DNA of 63,974 bases, filler included, from Octopus bimaculoides (taxonomy: Eukaryota), in NCBI RefSeq assembly GCF_001194135.2. It is 4 parts of 4 records of this genome, joined end to end, with 100 filler letters (N's around TTAATTAATTAA, not from the genome) between each part and the next. Parts side by side here need not be neighbours in the genome. Positions count along the whole stretch, not along the records: positions 1 to 26,212 come from NC_068994.1; positions 26,313 to 40,372 come from NC_068986.1; 2 more parts are not named here. One strand, 5' to 3'. Under the pieces are notes generated by a model, which saw nothing but the letters and a program-made list of their open reading frames with translations, ran no database searches and had not been told where the DNA came from. Below are positions 21,731 to 34,741 of the stretch, one piece after another; position 1 is the stretch's first letter; the number at the start of each line of letters is the position of its first letter. The translations under genes and the position numbers were made by a program.

Positions 21731-24700
21731 AAGCGGCGAGCTGGCAGAAACGTTAGCTTAGCGGTATTTCGTCTGCTGCTACGTTCTGAGTTCAAATTCC
21801 GCCGAGGTCGACTTTGCCTTTCATCCTTTCGGGGTCGATTAAATAAGTGGCGATCTTTCGATACTAATCCTTTTTCTGTCATCTCACGAAGAGGTTACCC
21901 CTCCCCGTGTTTGCTTGCATTTTACAGATGCTGTTTAGTCCCAAATAAGTACCAAATAGTGACCAAATAACTACCAGTTACGCACTGGAATCGGTATAAT
22001 CGACTTTAATCCGTTTGTCTGTCCTTGTTTGTCTCTTCTGTGTAGCCCCTTGTGGGCAGTAAAGAAATAAGAAATAGCAACCAAATTTCTCTCAAAGCAG
22101 ACCATACAGTCTTAAAAACAGAAGAATTCACCGTTCGGGAAAAAAGACAGGATAGTAACAATTCGAATGTTAGTTATAAGATCTGCCTGATCAGAACTGA
22201 CCCAGATTTTTTTTTAATCTTTACAAAAAAAAAATGAATAAATCTAATATTAAACCCTATTTTCAAATAGTGTATTCAAATAATTCCGTTATCTTCTTTC
22301 GCCAGAACAGCTGAGAGAAAAAAAAACTACATCAGGAGACAGAGACAGACCAAACAGACAAAACAAATGAAAATTGTTACCACATCTATGTATGATTCAT
22401 CTTAACTAATCGTAACAGTTATATATTCATTATACTGCTGTCTTTTCCTAAACTAAAAGCGACTCACAGCAGCCACAACTTATTTGAAACTGGACATTTT
22501 TATTGATTTTTTCCAAGGTTCGTCAAAATAAAATCACCACGCACAGACTATGTCAAATGCATACATACATTACACGCGTATAATAAAGTGATGCAAGTAT
22601 ACATTGTGCGCGTAATGTATTGGAGTTATATAGTGTGCCACGCAGATTCTCAAATTATACATGACACCACATATACTAAATGCAATATATATTGTCGGAT
22701 CAGAGGGAAATCACAGGGATGTTTCCGGGAAAACACGGGCATGGCTATGCATTTCTGTAGAATCGAACCAGGAACATTGTACTCTGGGTTCGATCCGGCT
22801 GCGCAGCGCTTTTGAGTGTCGTCACCTCGTGTTTGACCAATTATCTCGTCAGTGGAATTTGAGAGATGGAAAACGTCACATAATCTTTTATCTTTTACTT
22901 CTTTCATCAACCTTGAAGGGTTTTAGTCAAACAAATCGACCGTAGTACTTATTTTTTAAGCCTGATACATATATTCAATCGGTCACTGCTTCCGAACTGT
23001 TATGTTACGGGGACGTAAACAAACTAATAAACTAACACCGGTTGTCAAGCGGTGAAGGGGGAAAATAATGACGACTTTCTTTCAATTTCTACCTTTCAAA
23101 CCAACTCACGAGGCTTTGGTCGGCTCAGGGCTACAGCAGAAAATGCTTGCCTATGGGGTTACGCAGTAGGGCTGAACCCAAGACTCACAAAGTTGGGAAG
23201 CAAGCTTCTTTAAGCACACAACCACGCCTACATATAAAAAAAAAATCCGTGAGTATCCATCGATCTTTATCACCTTTCGATTGAAATACCGGCGAGAAAA
23301 CCGAAAAAGAACCAAAAAAAAAACGTAATATAATAATGAACAGAATGATACGAATGAAGCTCCTTGTTGTGTCTTACTGTCAGAAGTGCAATGGCTCATT
23401 GGCATTAAATAAATACGAAATATAAAATTACATTGTGTAAACTGTTTCACTACAAGTTATGAATTTAGGAATATATTTGGAATTCTTAGATGGTTATGGG
23501 GTTAAAAAGCTCGAATTTCAATCACATAGTTCCGGGTTCAGTCTCACTACGAGGCACCTTGGTTGCGCAAGTGTCCTTTAATACGGGCTCAGACCGACTA
23601 ATGCATTCTGAATGAATTTGGTAGACAGAGTCGTTCGTACGTAGGTATCTACGTATGCGTTTGTCCCCCACCACTACTTGATAGCTAGTGTCGGTTTGTT
23701 TGTGGCTCCGTAACGTAGTGGCTCGGCAAAAAGAGTCCGATAGAATTGGTACAAGGCTTAAAAATAAGTACTAGGATCGATGTGTTCGACTAAGTCATTC
23801 ACAGTGGTGCATTCAGCTGCTGTTCAATGACTGGAACAAGTAAGAGATTGATAAGTCATCTCAACTAATCATTAAAAAAAAAATAAAGATTTGAAAACTA
23901 AACTCTCGACAGACTATCTGTGGGTCTTCTCTTTCATCATTTTCCCTAATACTGCAACTTTTAAATGTTGATTAAGGGAAGAACGTCGAAGGCTTTGCTT
24001 CCTATGCACAGTATTTGTTTCACTGGTTCCAATCATTGGACTGCGGTCAATGCAGAGTGCAACACATTCAAGAGATTTTAATTCATCGTATCGACCCTAG
24101 GATTTATTTGCCTGATATCTGTTATCGAATGACCAAATTAGGTTTTCGGACAACGCTTTTGTTTTTTGCTTTGTTTTTTTTTTGTTTTTTACACCAGTAA
24201 ACATATACAGACGGACAGTGGACTTTCGGAATAAAATCTGAATTTTTCCAGACTTTTTCTCTTTCTTAATGTTTTTAAAAATGGAAAACTATCAAATGTG
24301 GAAAAATCCCGAAGAAACGGATTTATTGGTGGAGATGGACTATATGTAATCTGAACCTTTCCCCCCCCTTATTTATTAATTTTTTTTTTTTTAATCTTTT
24401 TTTCTTCGAAATTTGTGTAAAACCTCGACATTTCATAATATACACTGTCGAAAATTAATCTCGANNNNNNNNNNNNNNNNNNNNNNNNNNNNNNNNNNNN
24501 NNNNNNNNNNNNNNNNNNNNNNNNNNNNNNNNNNNNNNNNNNNNNNNNNNNNNNNNNNNNNNNNNNNNNNNNNNNNNNNNNNNNNNNNNNNNNNNNNNNN
24601 NNNNNNNNNNNNNNNNNNNNNNNNNNNNNNNNNNNNNNNNNNNNNNNNNNNNNNNNNNNNNNNNNNNNNNNNNNNNNNNNNNNNNNNNNNNNNNNNNNNN

Positions 24701-26212
24701 NNNNNNNNNTGGTCTGAAACATAGGATTCCGTAAAAAAAACAAAATTTAAAAGTGGGGGTATACCCAGATTACATATACTCCATCTCCACCACAAATTTA
24801 GCTTACAGATGTTTTCTGTAGTCACTATACTGATAAGTTTACTCGATTGGTCTATTGATCAATTGAGGGAAATTGAACGACCTAAGAAAATTAATGCTAC
24901 TTCGATCTTCCCACTTCGGTTTTTATAATCAATTTCCGTAATTTTTTTTTTTTTAATCTTTTTTTCTTCGAAATTTGTGTAAAACCTCGACATTTCATAA
25001 TATACACTGTCGAAAATTAATCTCGACAAAAATTTCGTTAAAATGCATTTTTAGACATTTACGGAGAAAAAAAAAACTAACAGGGATGGGTGAGCACCAA
25101 TCAAAAGCCCTTCACAGTTGCCGTCTACCAAAACATTGCCTGCGGTACCATACAACGTGATCGAACCCATGACTACGAAGTTGCCAAGCAAACTCCAAAA
25201 CTGTTCAGCCTTGTCTGCATCTCAACCAAGAATCGAACCTGCCTTGCAGATTTGGTTAACAAGGAATCTTAACCACCTTTTTACGATAACTCTTAGATTT
25301 ATTTACAATACATTTAAAGCACAGATTTTTTTTCTTTTCTTTTCTTTACACAAGTATTAAAGTATTAAAGTTTCAAAAATGTTCAGAAGAAGGAAAAAAA
25401 GTAAATTCAGTGATGTCGATGCCTCTCCCGAAAACACTGCAACAATAGTTTGTGACTATCACAACACAAAAAAAAGTTAACAAAAATCAGAAATAAAATT
25501 AAGAAATGTGTAGCGTCCCTAAACGTTAAATAATAATAATGTTCGCAACGTTATTGTTGTTAATATTTGTAGTAGAAATAGCAGCAGCAGTAGGAAAAAA
25601 CCTGCATTTTCTGTGTGTGTGTGTTCCGTTTGTAACTCCAACGGTACACTTCCATTATCATCCAATAATCAGGACTAATTTCTATTCTAAATTATACACA
25701 GCGAACAGCCATTCAATTAACAAGATTCCGCCCTCACCTTTCCCTCATAGTTCAATCTCTGGAATTCCTTCCTACCTGGTAACGAACAGATGCGGCCGGA
25801 TTGATTTGACAAAACAAAAGAAATCAACGTAGTTGTGTGGTAAGAAATCTGCATCCCGATCACACGGTTCCGGGTTCACCTCCACTGCATGGCACCTTGT
25901 GCAAGAGTCCCGGGGCTGACTAATGCTTTGTCTATGGATTTGGTAGACGGAAACTAGAAGCCCCGTGGTGTGTTTTCTCTCCCCGCGTCACAGCTTTACA
26001 AACTGGGGTTGCCTTGTTTTCGTCCTAGTAACCTAACAGTTCGGCAAAGGGACAAAAGAATAAGTACCGGGATGCTTTATAAGAAAAATAACTGGGATCG
26101 ATTTGTTCGATTAAACTTTGCAATGCGCTGCCCCCCAGCAAAACCGCTGTCCAATGACTGAAACAAGATAAAAATAAAGACATACATTCACAGCTCTTTT
26201 CATCTTTCTCCA

Positions 26213-26312
26213 NNNNNNNNNNNNNNNNNNNNNNNNNNNNNNNNNNNNNNNNNNNNTTAATTAATTAANNNNNNNNNNNNNNNNNNNNNNNNNNNNNNNN
26301 NNNNNNNNNNNN
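26213..26312. other. Artificial scaffold-joining spacer
   Basis: Exactly 44 N + TTAATTAATTAA + 44 N; the 12-mer has stops in all six frames. Confidence 0.95.
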
Positions 26313-26339
26313 ATATATAGAGAGAGAGAGAGAGAGAGA

Positions 26340-26343
26340 TAGG

Positions 26344-26419
<76 letters not shown>

Positions 26420-26421
26420 CA
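26340..26421. repeat. (GATA)n microsatellite
   Basis: Seen directly; also 33243-33342, 33921-33984, 34704-34740 and 61797-61850. Confidence 0.95.
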
Positions 26422-26623
26422 GATAGATATACATACATGCATACATACATAGATATATTAATGTGTGTTTGTGCGCGTGCGTGTGTGTGTGTGGTATACA
26501 TTATGTATATGGGGAGTGTATGCATATACATAATCTCGGAAGATTAAATGTGCACCTTTATTCATTTATAACCAAACACAATCATAGGCATTTTCTTTTT
26601 AATCATATGTAATATAGACGTAT

Positions 26624-26946
26624 AGTGAAGGCGCGTGACTTAGCGGTTAAGGCATTCTGCTCACGATTTTAAGATCATGATTTCAATTCCCGGCGACGTA
26701 TTGTGTCCTTGAGCAAGACACTTTATTTCACATTGTTCCTGTTCTATCAGCTGTCAAAGTGAGTGGTACCTGTATTTCAAAGGGCCAGCCTTATAACACT
26801 CTGTGTCATGCTGAATCTCCCTGAGAACTACGTTAAGGGTATACGTGTCTGTGGAGTGCTCAGCCATTTGCACATTAATTTCACGAGCAAGCTGTTCCGT
26901 TGATCGTATCAGCTGGGACTCTTGTCGTCGTGACCGACGGAGTGCT
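26624..26946 (+). mobile_element. SINE family D (tRNA-like head, CORE-like GTGTCCTTGAGCAAGACACTTTA)
   Basis: Other copies approx: 42647-42968+, 14710-14895-, 4413-4660-. Confidence 0.8.
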
Positions 26947-27321
26947 CTTTAGCTGCATGTATATATCAATATATAAATTTTGCCGTTGTGTTTAATGTTT
27001 ACCTGTAGGAGGGTCATACGCGTGACACATGATCAAAGATACTCTAGACATTACCCTATTATTAAAGATATAACGTACATAGAAGCTCTTTACAATGTTA
27101 TAATGTCGATTTTAGGTTTATTTGTCTGGTATTTCTAGCTAGTCGAGTGGCCTCCCTCGCTGGTTCGTTACATACTACCATTAGATAACTGTGTATCCAT
27201 TCTTTAATCTACAATTCCTTTATGTGTCTTTGCATTGCATAGGCTATTACTTACACTTGTGGTGTTCTCTTTAACCGTGCTAGCTTTTAACTCCATCGAG
27301 GAATAGAGTCTGATGCACACT

Positions 27322-27353
<32 letters not shown>

Positions 27354-30300
27354 TACATACACATGCACACACACAAACACATACAAACACACGCACACGC
27401 GCACATAATCCCCCCCCCCNNNNNNNNNNNNNNNNNNNNNNNNNNNNNNNNNNNNNNNNNNNNNNNNNNNNNNNNNNNNNNNNNNNNNNNNNNNNNNNNN
27501 NNNNNNNNNNNNNNNNNNNNNNNNNNNNNNNNNNNNNNNNNNNNNNNNNNNNNNNNNNNNNNNNNNNNNNNNNNNNNNNNNNNNNNNNNNNNNNNNNNNN
27601 NNNNNNNNNNNNNNNNNNNNNNNNNNNNNNNNNNNNNNNNNNNNNNNNNNNNNNNNNNNNNNNNNNNNNNNNNNNNNNNNNNNNNNNNNNNNNNNNNNNN
27701 NNNNNNNNNNNNNNNNNNNNNNNNNNNNNNNNNNNNNNNNNNNNNNNNNNNNNNNNNNNNNNNNNNNNNNNNNNNNNNNNTTCTCTGCATCATTACCCCA
27801 CTTCTCTCTCTCTCCCTCTCTCTTTCTCTCCCTATCTCTTTCTCTCTTTCTCTCGCTCTCTCAATGTCTCTTTCCCAGTAACTCTTCCCTCTATCTCGCA
27901 ACCTGCTCCTGCTGATTTCCATCATCTCTTGCTCCTTTCTATTATGCTATGTTTCGTGAATTTAGCACTGCCCAAACACGTTCGATATTTCCTACTGAGT
28001 CAGTTTGTACTTAAAACAAAATACCTTTTTTTTTTCAGTTTCTTTCTCAGCAAGAATCCTTTCTGTTGATTTCCGTCTATATTTCAAAGACTACATTTTT
28101 GTAAATACTCCCTATTTGTACATGATTTTCGTGCCAGTATTGTATCTCATTCATATACTTTTCAGCCATAAGATCTGACTTCGTTTTCTTTGGCTTTTTA
28201 TCTCGGCACTTTCTGGACGAACAATATGAAGTTTTTGCAGCACTCACAGTTATAATGAAACTGGATAAACATTTGGATAACGAATAATAGAGCGTATTCA
28301 TACATACTGTTATTCACTGTTATTTATACAAACATTCACATGTGCGCGCGCACACATATATATATACACACTCGCAGGTATGGCTGTGTAGTTAAAAAGT
28401 TCACTTGGCAACCTGGCAACCATGTAGTTTTTGGTTGAATCCTTGTGCGATATGAATTGAACAAGCGTCATGCTAAGAAAGTTGTTGCACTGGTTACATC
28501 TTTTGAGACAGCAACACACATCAGTGTGTTATGTACTCATGTTTAAATTTATGTCGCGTAAAATAGTTGTAACCGTTATTTGTATATTTTTCTTAGTACT
28601 TCCAGGCAAGACCGGATGCAAAATATGTTGGTCGCTGTAGCGTACGTCACAGAAGAATAACATATCTCTTTTACAATGACAGTCTGTCAACATTCAGCAC
28701 ATTCGGCTCATTGTTCCACTGGATTAAAGACCACCAGTGTTTCGAGATGTTGTGTTTTACCAGCCACAAGCACTCAGATTTTTAAGATTCTAAATCAAGT
28801 CACCTGCTTTGTTTACACTTTCAACGAACAAATTGTTTGCTGATCTGTGGTTTTATCTGACAATCGATGTAAATCGTTAAATTCAACGTGTACAGTGAGA
28901 CCTAAAACGGTTATTTTCATATTTATTCTTGGTACATTTAGGCAAGTTCGGATGCAAAATGTACTGAAGTGTACGTCATAAAAAATAATAAGCTGCAGGC
29001 ATAAAATTATGCGCTAGGATCCTTTGATCGACTAACCTATTAAATATATTGTACTCGCTTATCCCTGGTCGAATGACTAAAATTAGTAAAAGAATAATGT
29101 GTGTCTGCATTTGTATGTATGTATGTATATATATATATATATANNNNNNNNNNNNNNNNNNNNNNNNNNATATATAAATATAGCGAGAGAGAGAGAGAGA
29201 GAAACTCACACACACAAACACACTCACACACACATACATATATATTTATGTACACATAGAGACGTATTTATATGCGATGTTTATTTATATATGGCTTAAG
29301 TGGAAACATAAATTTTCACTTTTTATCGACAATAAGTCTGCAATCATTATTTCGGTGTATTGACCGTCGACCGGTTCTAACATTTAAAGAAATACAAAAG
29401 TTGAAAACACTATGTGAAATTACTTTTTCTATCAATATTTATCGTGTTTATACACCGACCATATGTCATATGGTTACGTATTTCCCTTAATATATACTTG
29501 CTCGTCTATCCATTCCACCTGTCCAGCGCTATAATTCATACATTTCTGAGCATATGAAGTTAATGGCAAATTGATGTGTTTAGGACATCTGTAAGACTAA
29601 CGTTTATGTCTGCAACATAAGACCTTAAGCTTCCCACAAATTTCTTCTGTTACTGATGGTTATGAGAAACTTCACGTATGAGAAGTGTGTAAATTTTAAT
29701 AAGAGGTGATATTATCTGTATTCTCTTTAAATGGATGCTCTCCACGGGTATCATGAAATATTATATAAATGATTTGGTAGAATGGAAAATTTTTATATTT
29801 TGAAACTAACTAGAAATCCGTCAGCGTAGATATTGATAGCCATCTGTTCGTGCTTCTGATGTGGTTCTAAGTAGGTTTGTTGGCTTTAGTTTGCTTTAAC
29901 CCTAAAGTGAAATCAATGGAATTAGAAGCTTTACAAATTCAAGATCTACGTCGTTGCAATTGAACAGACAAATAAGAAACAGACTTCCAGTCAGGGTTGT
30001 CCTGTTTGTCAATGCATATTTAGAAATACATCATTTACAGTACCCTTCACTTTTTCAAAACTTTTGCGTGAGTTGAGGTGAAGATTTGGCAGCTATTTCT
30101 AGAAGGTTGATAGACTAAATAATGGATCTTGTAATTACTCGTGTTTTGGAATTTTAGTGGTGTATTCTAATCCTACTCTATTCTACGTTTTTTTAAATGT
30201 TCTACTTTGTAATTCCAGTCCATTGAAATAATAATTTATTGACTCTTTTGGTAAATTTGCTAAATGACTCAATGTTTAAACTACTCTACCGAAAATTCAG

Positions 30301-32223
30301 AAGTGCTGAAACACCAATAATTTACAAGTACTTAATCACTATTCAGTTAAGACCTTATTTTCAGCAATTAGTATTTTCTCGTTGTATTAATGCAAACTCG
30401 ACAAGGTACGAACAAAAAAAAATATGAGACACGTGATACATTAAAACTTTGTTAACAATTTTCATTGCTCGCAATTGAGTTATCACAACAGCTTAAGCGA
30501 CAGTTGGAGATTTAGACATCAGAAAATAAATGGAAATTTACTTAAACAATAGTCTAATTAATCAGTTACAAAGTTATGATTACGTTTAAGAAAAAAATAT
30601 AGTTATTATGTAGTTAAATTCATACGGAAATAATTTGTAATGAAGTGACATGAATTTGTGAAATGTACCTGATCAGTTCTAAATAGAAGCTGTGTTGGTG
30701 TTAGAGGGTTAAATTGTCCTGTGACATTACGAAATCAGAACATACTAATTAGACAAGCAGAATGTTCACTGCTTATGACCACATAAACTGTATCACTAGC
30801 CTTGACCTATATTAGATGAAACTGGAGTCAAACGTTCATTAATATATACTAACTATGCCTACCTAGCATATGCCAATATTTTATATAAATATGTATGCGA
30901 TTACATTTGTTTTATCAGTCTGGAGTGTTAGTCCTATTAAAGCCGCTTGAGTTTTTGCTCGGTCCAAAATATGTAAAGTATATTTTCCTTATTAGCTCAG
31001 CATACTTACTTCGTAAAAAAGAAACAAAAATCTTCCAGAATTAACTTCATGGCTTTTAGGTTAATATAAAAATGTCCTATAGATAATTTTGTTAAATACT
31101 TAGTTAAATAAAAGACCAATGTTAAGAGAAGAGTTATCTGAGCTTTCGAGTAATTATATTGACCACTTCGCAAGTGTAAAAAGAAATCGTCATATCCTTC
31201 ATTAAGTGGGTGAACAAGACAATGGAATTCATAAGTGCAAGTCGAGCATCATATATTTCAGCAAAGTGTTTGAGACTGTTCTGTTAATTCATTCTCATAA
31301 CTATTCTTCTATATTTAACAATATACAGACTGGCTAAAACATTGCGAAATGCAGAAAATATTCAACAAAACACTAATCGAAATAAACTAATAAGAACGGG
31401 GGGCAGTTGTTACTAATATCCTGGTTGAATGATTCACAGGTTTTATAGTAATATCCTGGGTGAATTTTATCTTTGAGAAAGCTCCTATTGTCTTATTGTT
31501 CATTGTTTAGCGGTTTGATATATAAACAGGAACAGTGCCTAAGTAGAGCTATGTTTTCTAAGCAGAAAAAGTAATTTTACAATGGAATAGAAGCTTAGCC
31601 AAAGTAATAAAATTTGAATTCAGGGCTAAAAATAGCTAGCAGGAAGAGAATTGGTCAATAGTTTATTTTTACTCTGATAAATCTCACAGTACAAAGTAGT
31701 AGAATGGGACAATCAGAGCAAACTGCTACAAAAAGAGACCAAACCAAAGGTCAACAGATTCTCTTCAGCTCTAGGCACAATGTCCGGAATTTTTGGGGAA
31801 GGAGACAGTCGATTAGATCAACTCCAGTACACAACTGGTTCTTAATTTATCGACCCCGAAAGGATGAGAGGCAGAGTCGACCTCAGCAGAATTTGAACTC
31901 AGAACGTAAAGGCAGCGAAATACCACTAAGTGTTTCGCCTGGCGTGCTAACGTTTCTGATGGCTCGCTGCCTTGCAGAGGGCAACAAATTAGAAGATTGT
32001 ACTTTAAGGTGAATAAAAATGATAACGGAGAATGTTGATTAAATATCTACAAAGATATGATATGTCACATTTAAATCTAAATATCGTGAACAATAAACAG
32101 AATTCCTTTTCTAAAGAAAAAGAAGAATTGAATTTAACTTGTAAAATAAAAGGTTTAACTGGCTTCAATATAATATAGTTAAAAGCGAAGCAGATCACAG
32201 ATCGTCTAAAAGATATAAGCGCA

Positions 32224-32266
<43 letters not shown>

Positions 32267-32991
32267 TGTGTGTGTACGTGTGTATGTGTGATTGTGTGTG
32301 TGTGTGTGTTTGTGTGTATATCTGTGTTTGTGTATGTACATGCATGATTCTCTCAGACAAATTCAAAAGTGCAGGAAACAAGACTAGCCTTGCAAGAATC
32401 ATTGTTTTGAAATGTTTACGTATGTATATATGAATGGGCACACATACGCTCACTGCACACATATACACACACACACAACACCACACTCATACATACATAC
32501 ATATATTTAGCTATGTTAGTGTGTGCTACGTATTTTCGTATCCACTTTGCACCAATGCTTTTAACGAAACAAATTACTAATCCTATGCTAGATTATCTCC
32601 TGTTAAGACGATAAGCTGCTCAGAATCTAAACGTATATGTTGAAGCAGATTTCAAAATAGGAAATGCATATTTTTTTTCTTTTACTTCTGTCTGATCATA
32701 ACATGTTTCAAGAATATGAATCCCTTTTCAAAAACAGTAAACTGCGACTTGATTTCTTTCAGAAAATACATTAAATATATTTTGTTTTTTGTTCAGTAGA
32801 TAAATCTCATTACCCTTATCTAGCAACTTGATGTTTTGACATTCTTTGAAATTTAATCAGAAACAACAGGTTTGAATAGCTAACACTGAATTATTTAGAT
32901 ATATAAAACCACTGAAAGACAGAAAGACAAGAATGAATACATGCATGCATGCATACATACATACATACATACATACATACACATACATACA

Positions 32992-33025
<34 letters not shown>

Positions 33026-33244
33026 CATACATACGTACGTACGTACGTTTGGGTGTATGTCGATAAACATATCTCTCTTTCAATCTTCGCTCGATCCAAC
33101 GTATTTTGGATAATAGGAATATACAAAAGGGTGTACCCTGTCAAGTATTACGTTTTCATATGAACAGTATATTTGAGTTCACACTGCATTGCTGGCTAAA
33201 CCATGTATGGTTGCATACGCTTTAGTCCAGCTTTCATTTATGTA

Positions 33245-33314
<70 letters not shown>

Positions 33315-33874
33315 ATAATCTATCTATTTATCTATCTATCTAATCATGTGGCAATAATGGTAAGTATGAAAGATGACACCATTTTAAGCATAGACTTGTA
33401 ACAAAAAGAGACAAAAAGAGAGAAGGTACTTACTTTCATGTACCTTTAAAAAAAAGAGCCTGAGGTGACCGTGGTCTTTTCTGTAGGCTTTTCTCTCCAC
33501 GGATAAACCTAATCTGTTCCCCGTTTTTTACATTGACTGTGATACACGATCCNNNNNNNNNNNNNNNNNNNNNNNNNNNNNNNNNNNNNNNNNNNNNNNN
33601 NNNNNNNNNNNNNNNNNNNNNNNNNNNNNNNNNNNNNNNNNNNNNNNNNNNNNNNNNNNNNNNNNNNNNNNNNNNNNNNNNNNNNNNNNNNNNNNNNNNN
33701 NNNNNNNNNNNNNNNNNNNNNNNNNNNNNNNNNNNNNNNNNNNNNNNNNNNNNNNNNNNNNNNNNNNNNNNNNNNNNNNNNNNNTTGTCCATTTTCTGTA
33801 TTTAGCCCTGTGTGGCTATAATAAAAAGATATCTAATCATCTATCGAATTTTCTCTCTCCTTCTCTCTCTCTCC

Positions 33875-33921
<47 letters not shown>

Positions 33922-33928
33922 TATCTAT

Positions 33929-33985
<57 letters not shown>

Positions 33986-34702
33986 AACGTAAGTATGTTC
34001 GCATGTATGTGTGTGAGTATGTGTGTGTGGGCAGATAGAGATAGACAATTTTATCGTCTATAATCCTGAATTCTATCAATAACGGAATAACAATATTTTG
34101 TCGCATTAACGGGAAGACTTTTAGTATTGAACAACTTTGAAAAGGAATTGGTTGTGAAAAAGGAATTAAGAATATTATAATAATGTTAGCAAGTATTTAT
34201 AGATATGGAGATAATTCTTTGAGGAATTACGATTAATTTCATTGCAGTTGAATTGTATCTGCAATCGGAAGTAGTTAGAATATATATTTCTAGCGTCACA
34301 GAAATAAATGTTCAGCTCCCCGGTTAGATTCAACATCTTGAATCGTATCACTTCTTTATGTATAGTTCTATGGCACGTCGACCTATTTCTCAGTGCGCAA
34401 CATATAGAATTCGACCAAATTAAATATCTCTGCTTTCACGTAGCACACAGATACATCGATGCATTCTTTCCGTATTTCTTAATCTTGGAGAAAATGACAT
34501 AAAATGACTATATCGCTCTTATTATAAGTGTTATGTATGTTTTACCAAATTATAACATGTGCCATCTAACTGTTACCAACCCCTTTAGGAATGGGATGCT
34601 GAGTCTATAACTTGGGTTGGCTATAAGCCTATCTGCAAATTATGATACTACAAATAGGTAGCATGTGATAACAATTCAATATGTATAATTATCATATCTG
34701 TA

Positions 34703-34741
<39 letters not shown>

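Noticed and set aside
24385-25026. ~80-bp exact repeat at 24385-24463 and 24950-25023
   Set aside because: The first copy ends exactly at a gap edge; an assembly artefact cannot be excluded and no function is evident.
25539-25595. Peptide FATLLLLIFVVEIAAAV resembling tetraspanin TM3
   Set aside because: No AG acceptor before it, no matching neighbouring exons, and the codons come from GTT/GCA low-complexity sequence; probably chance.
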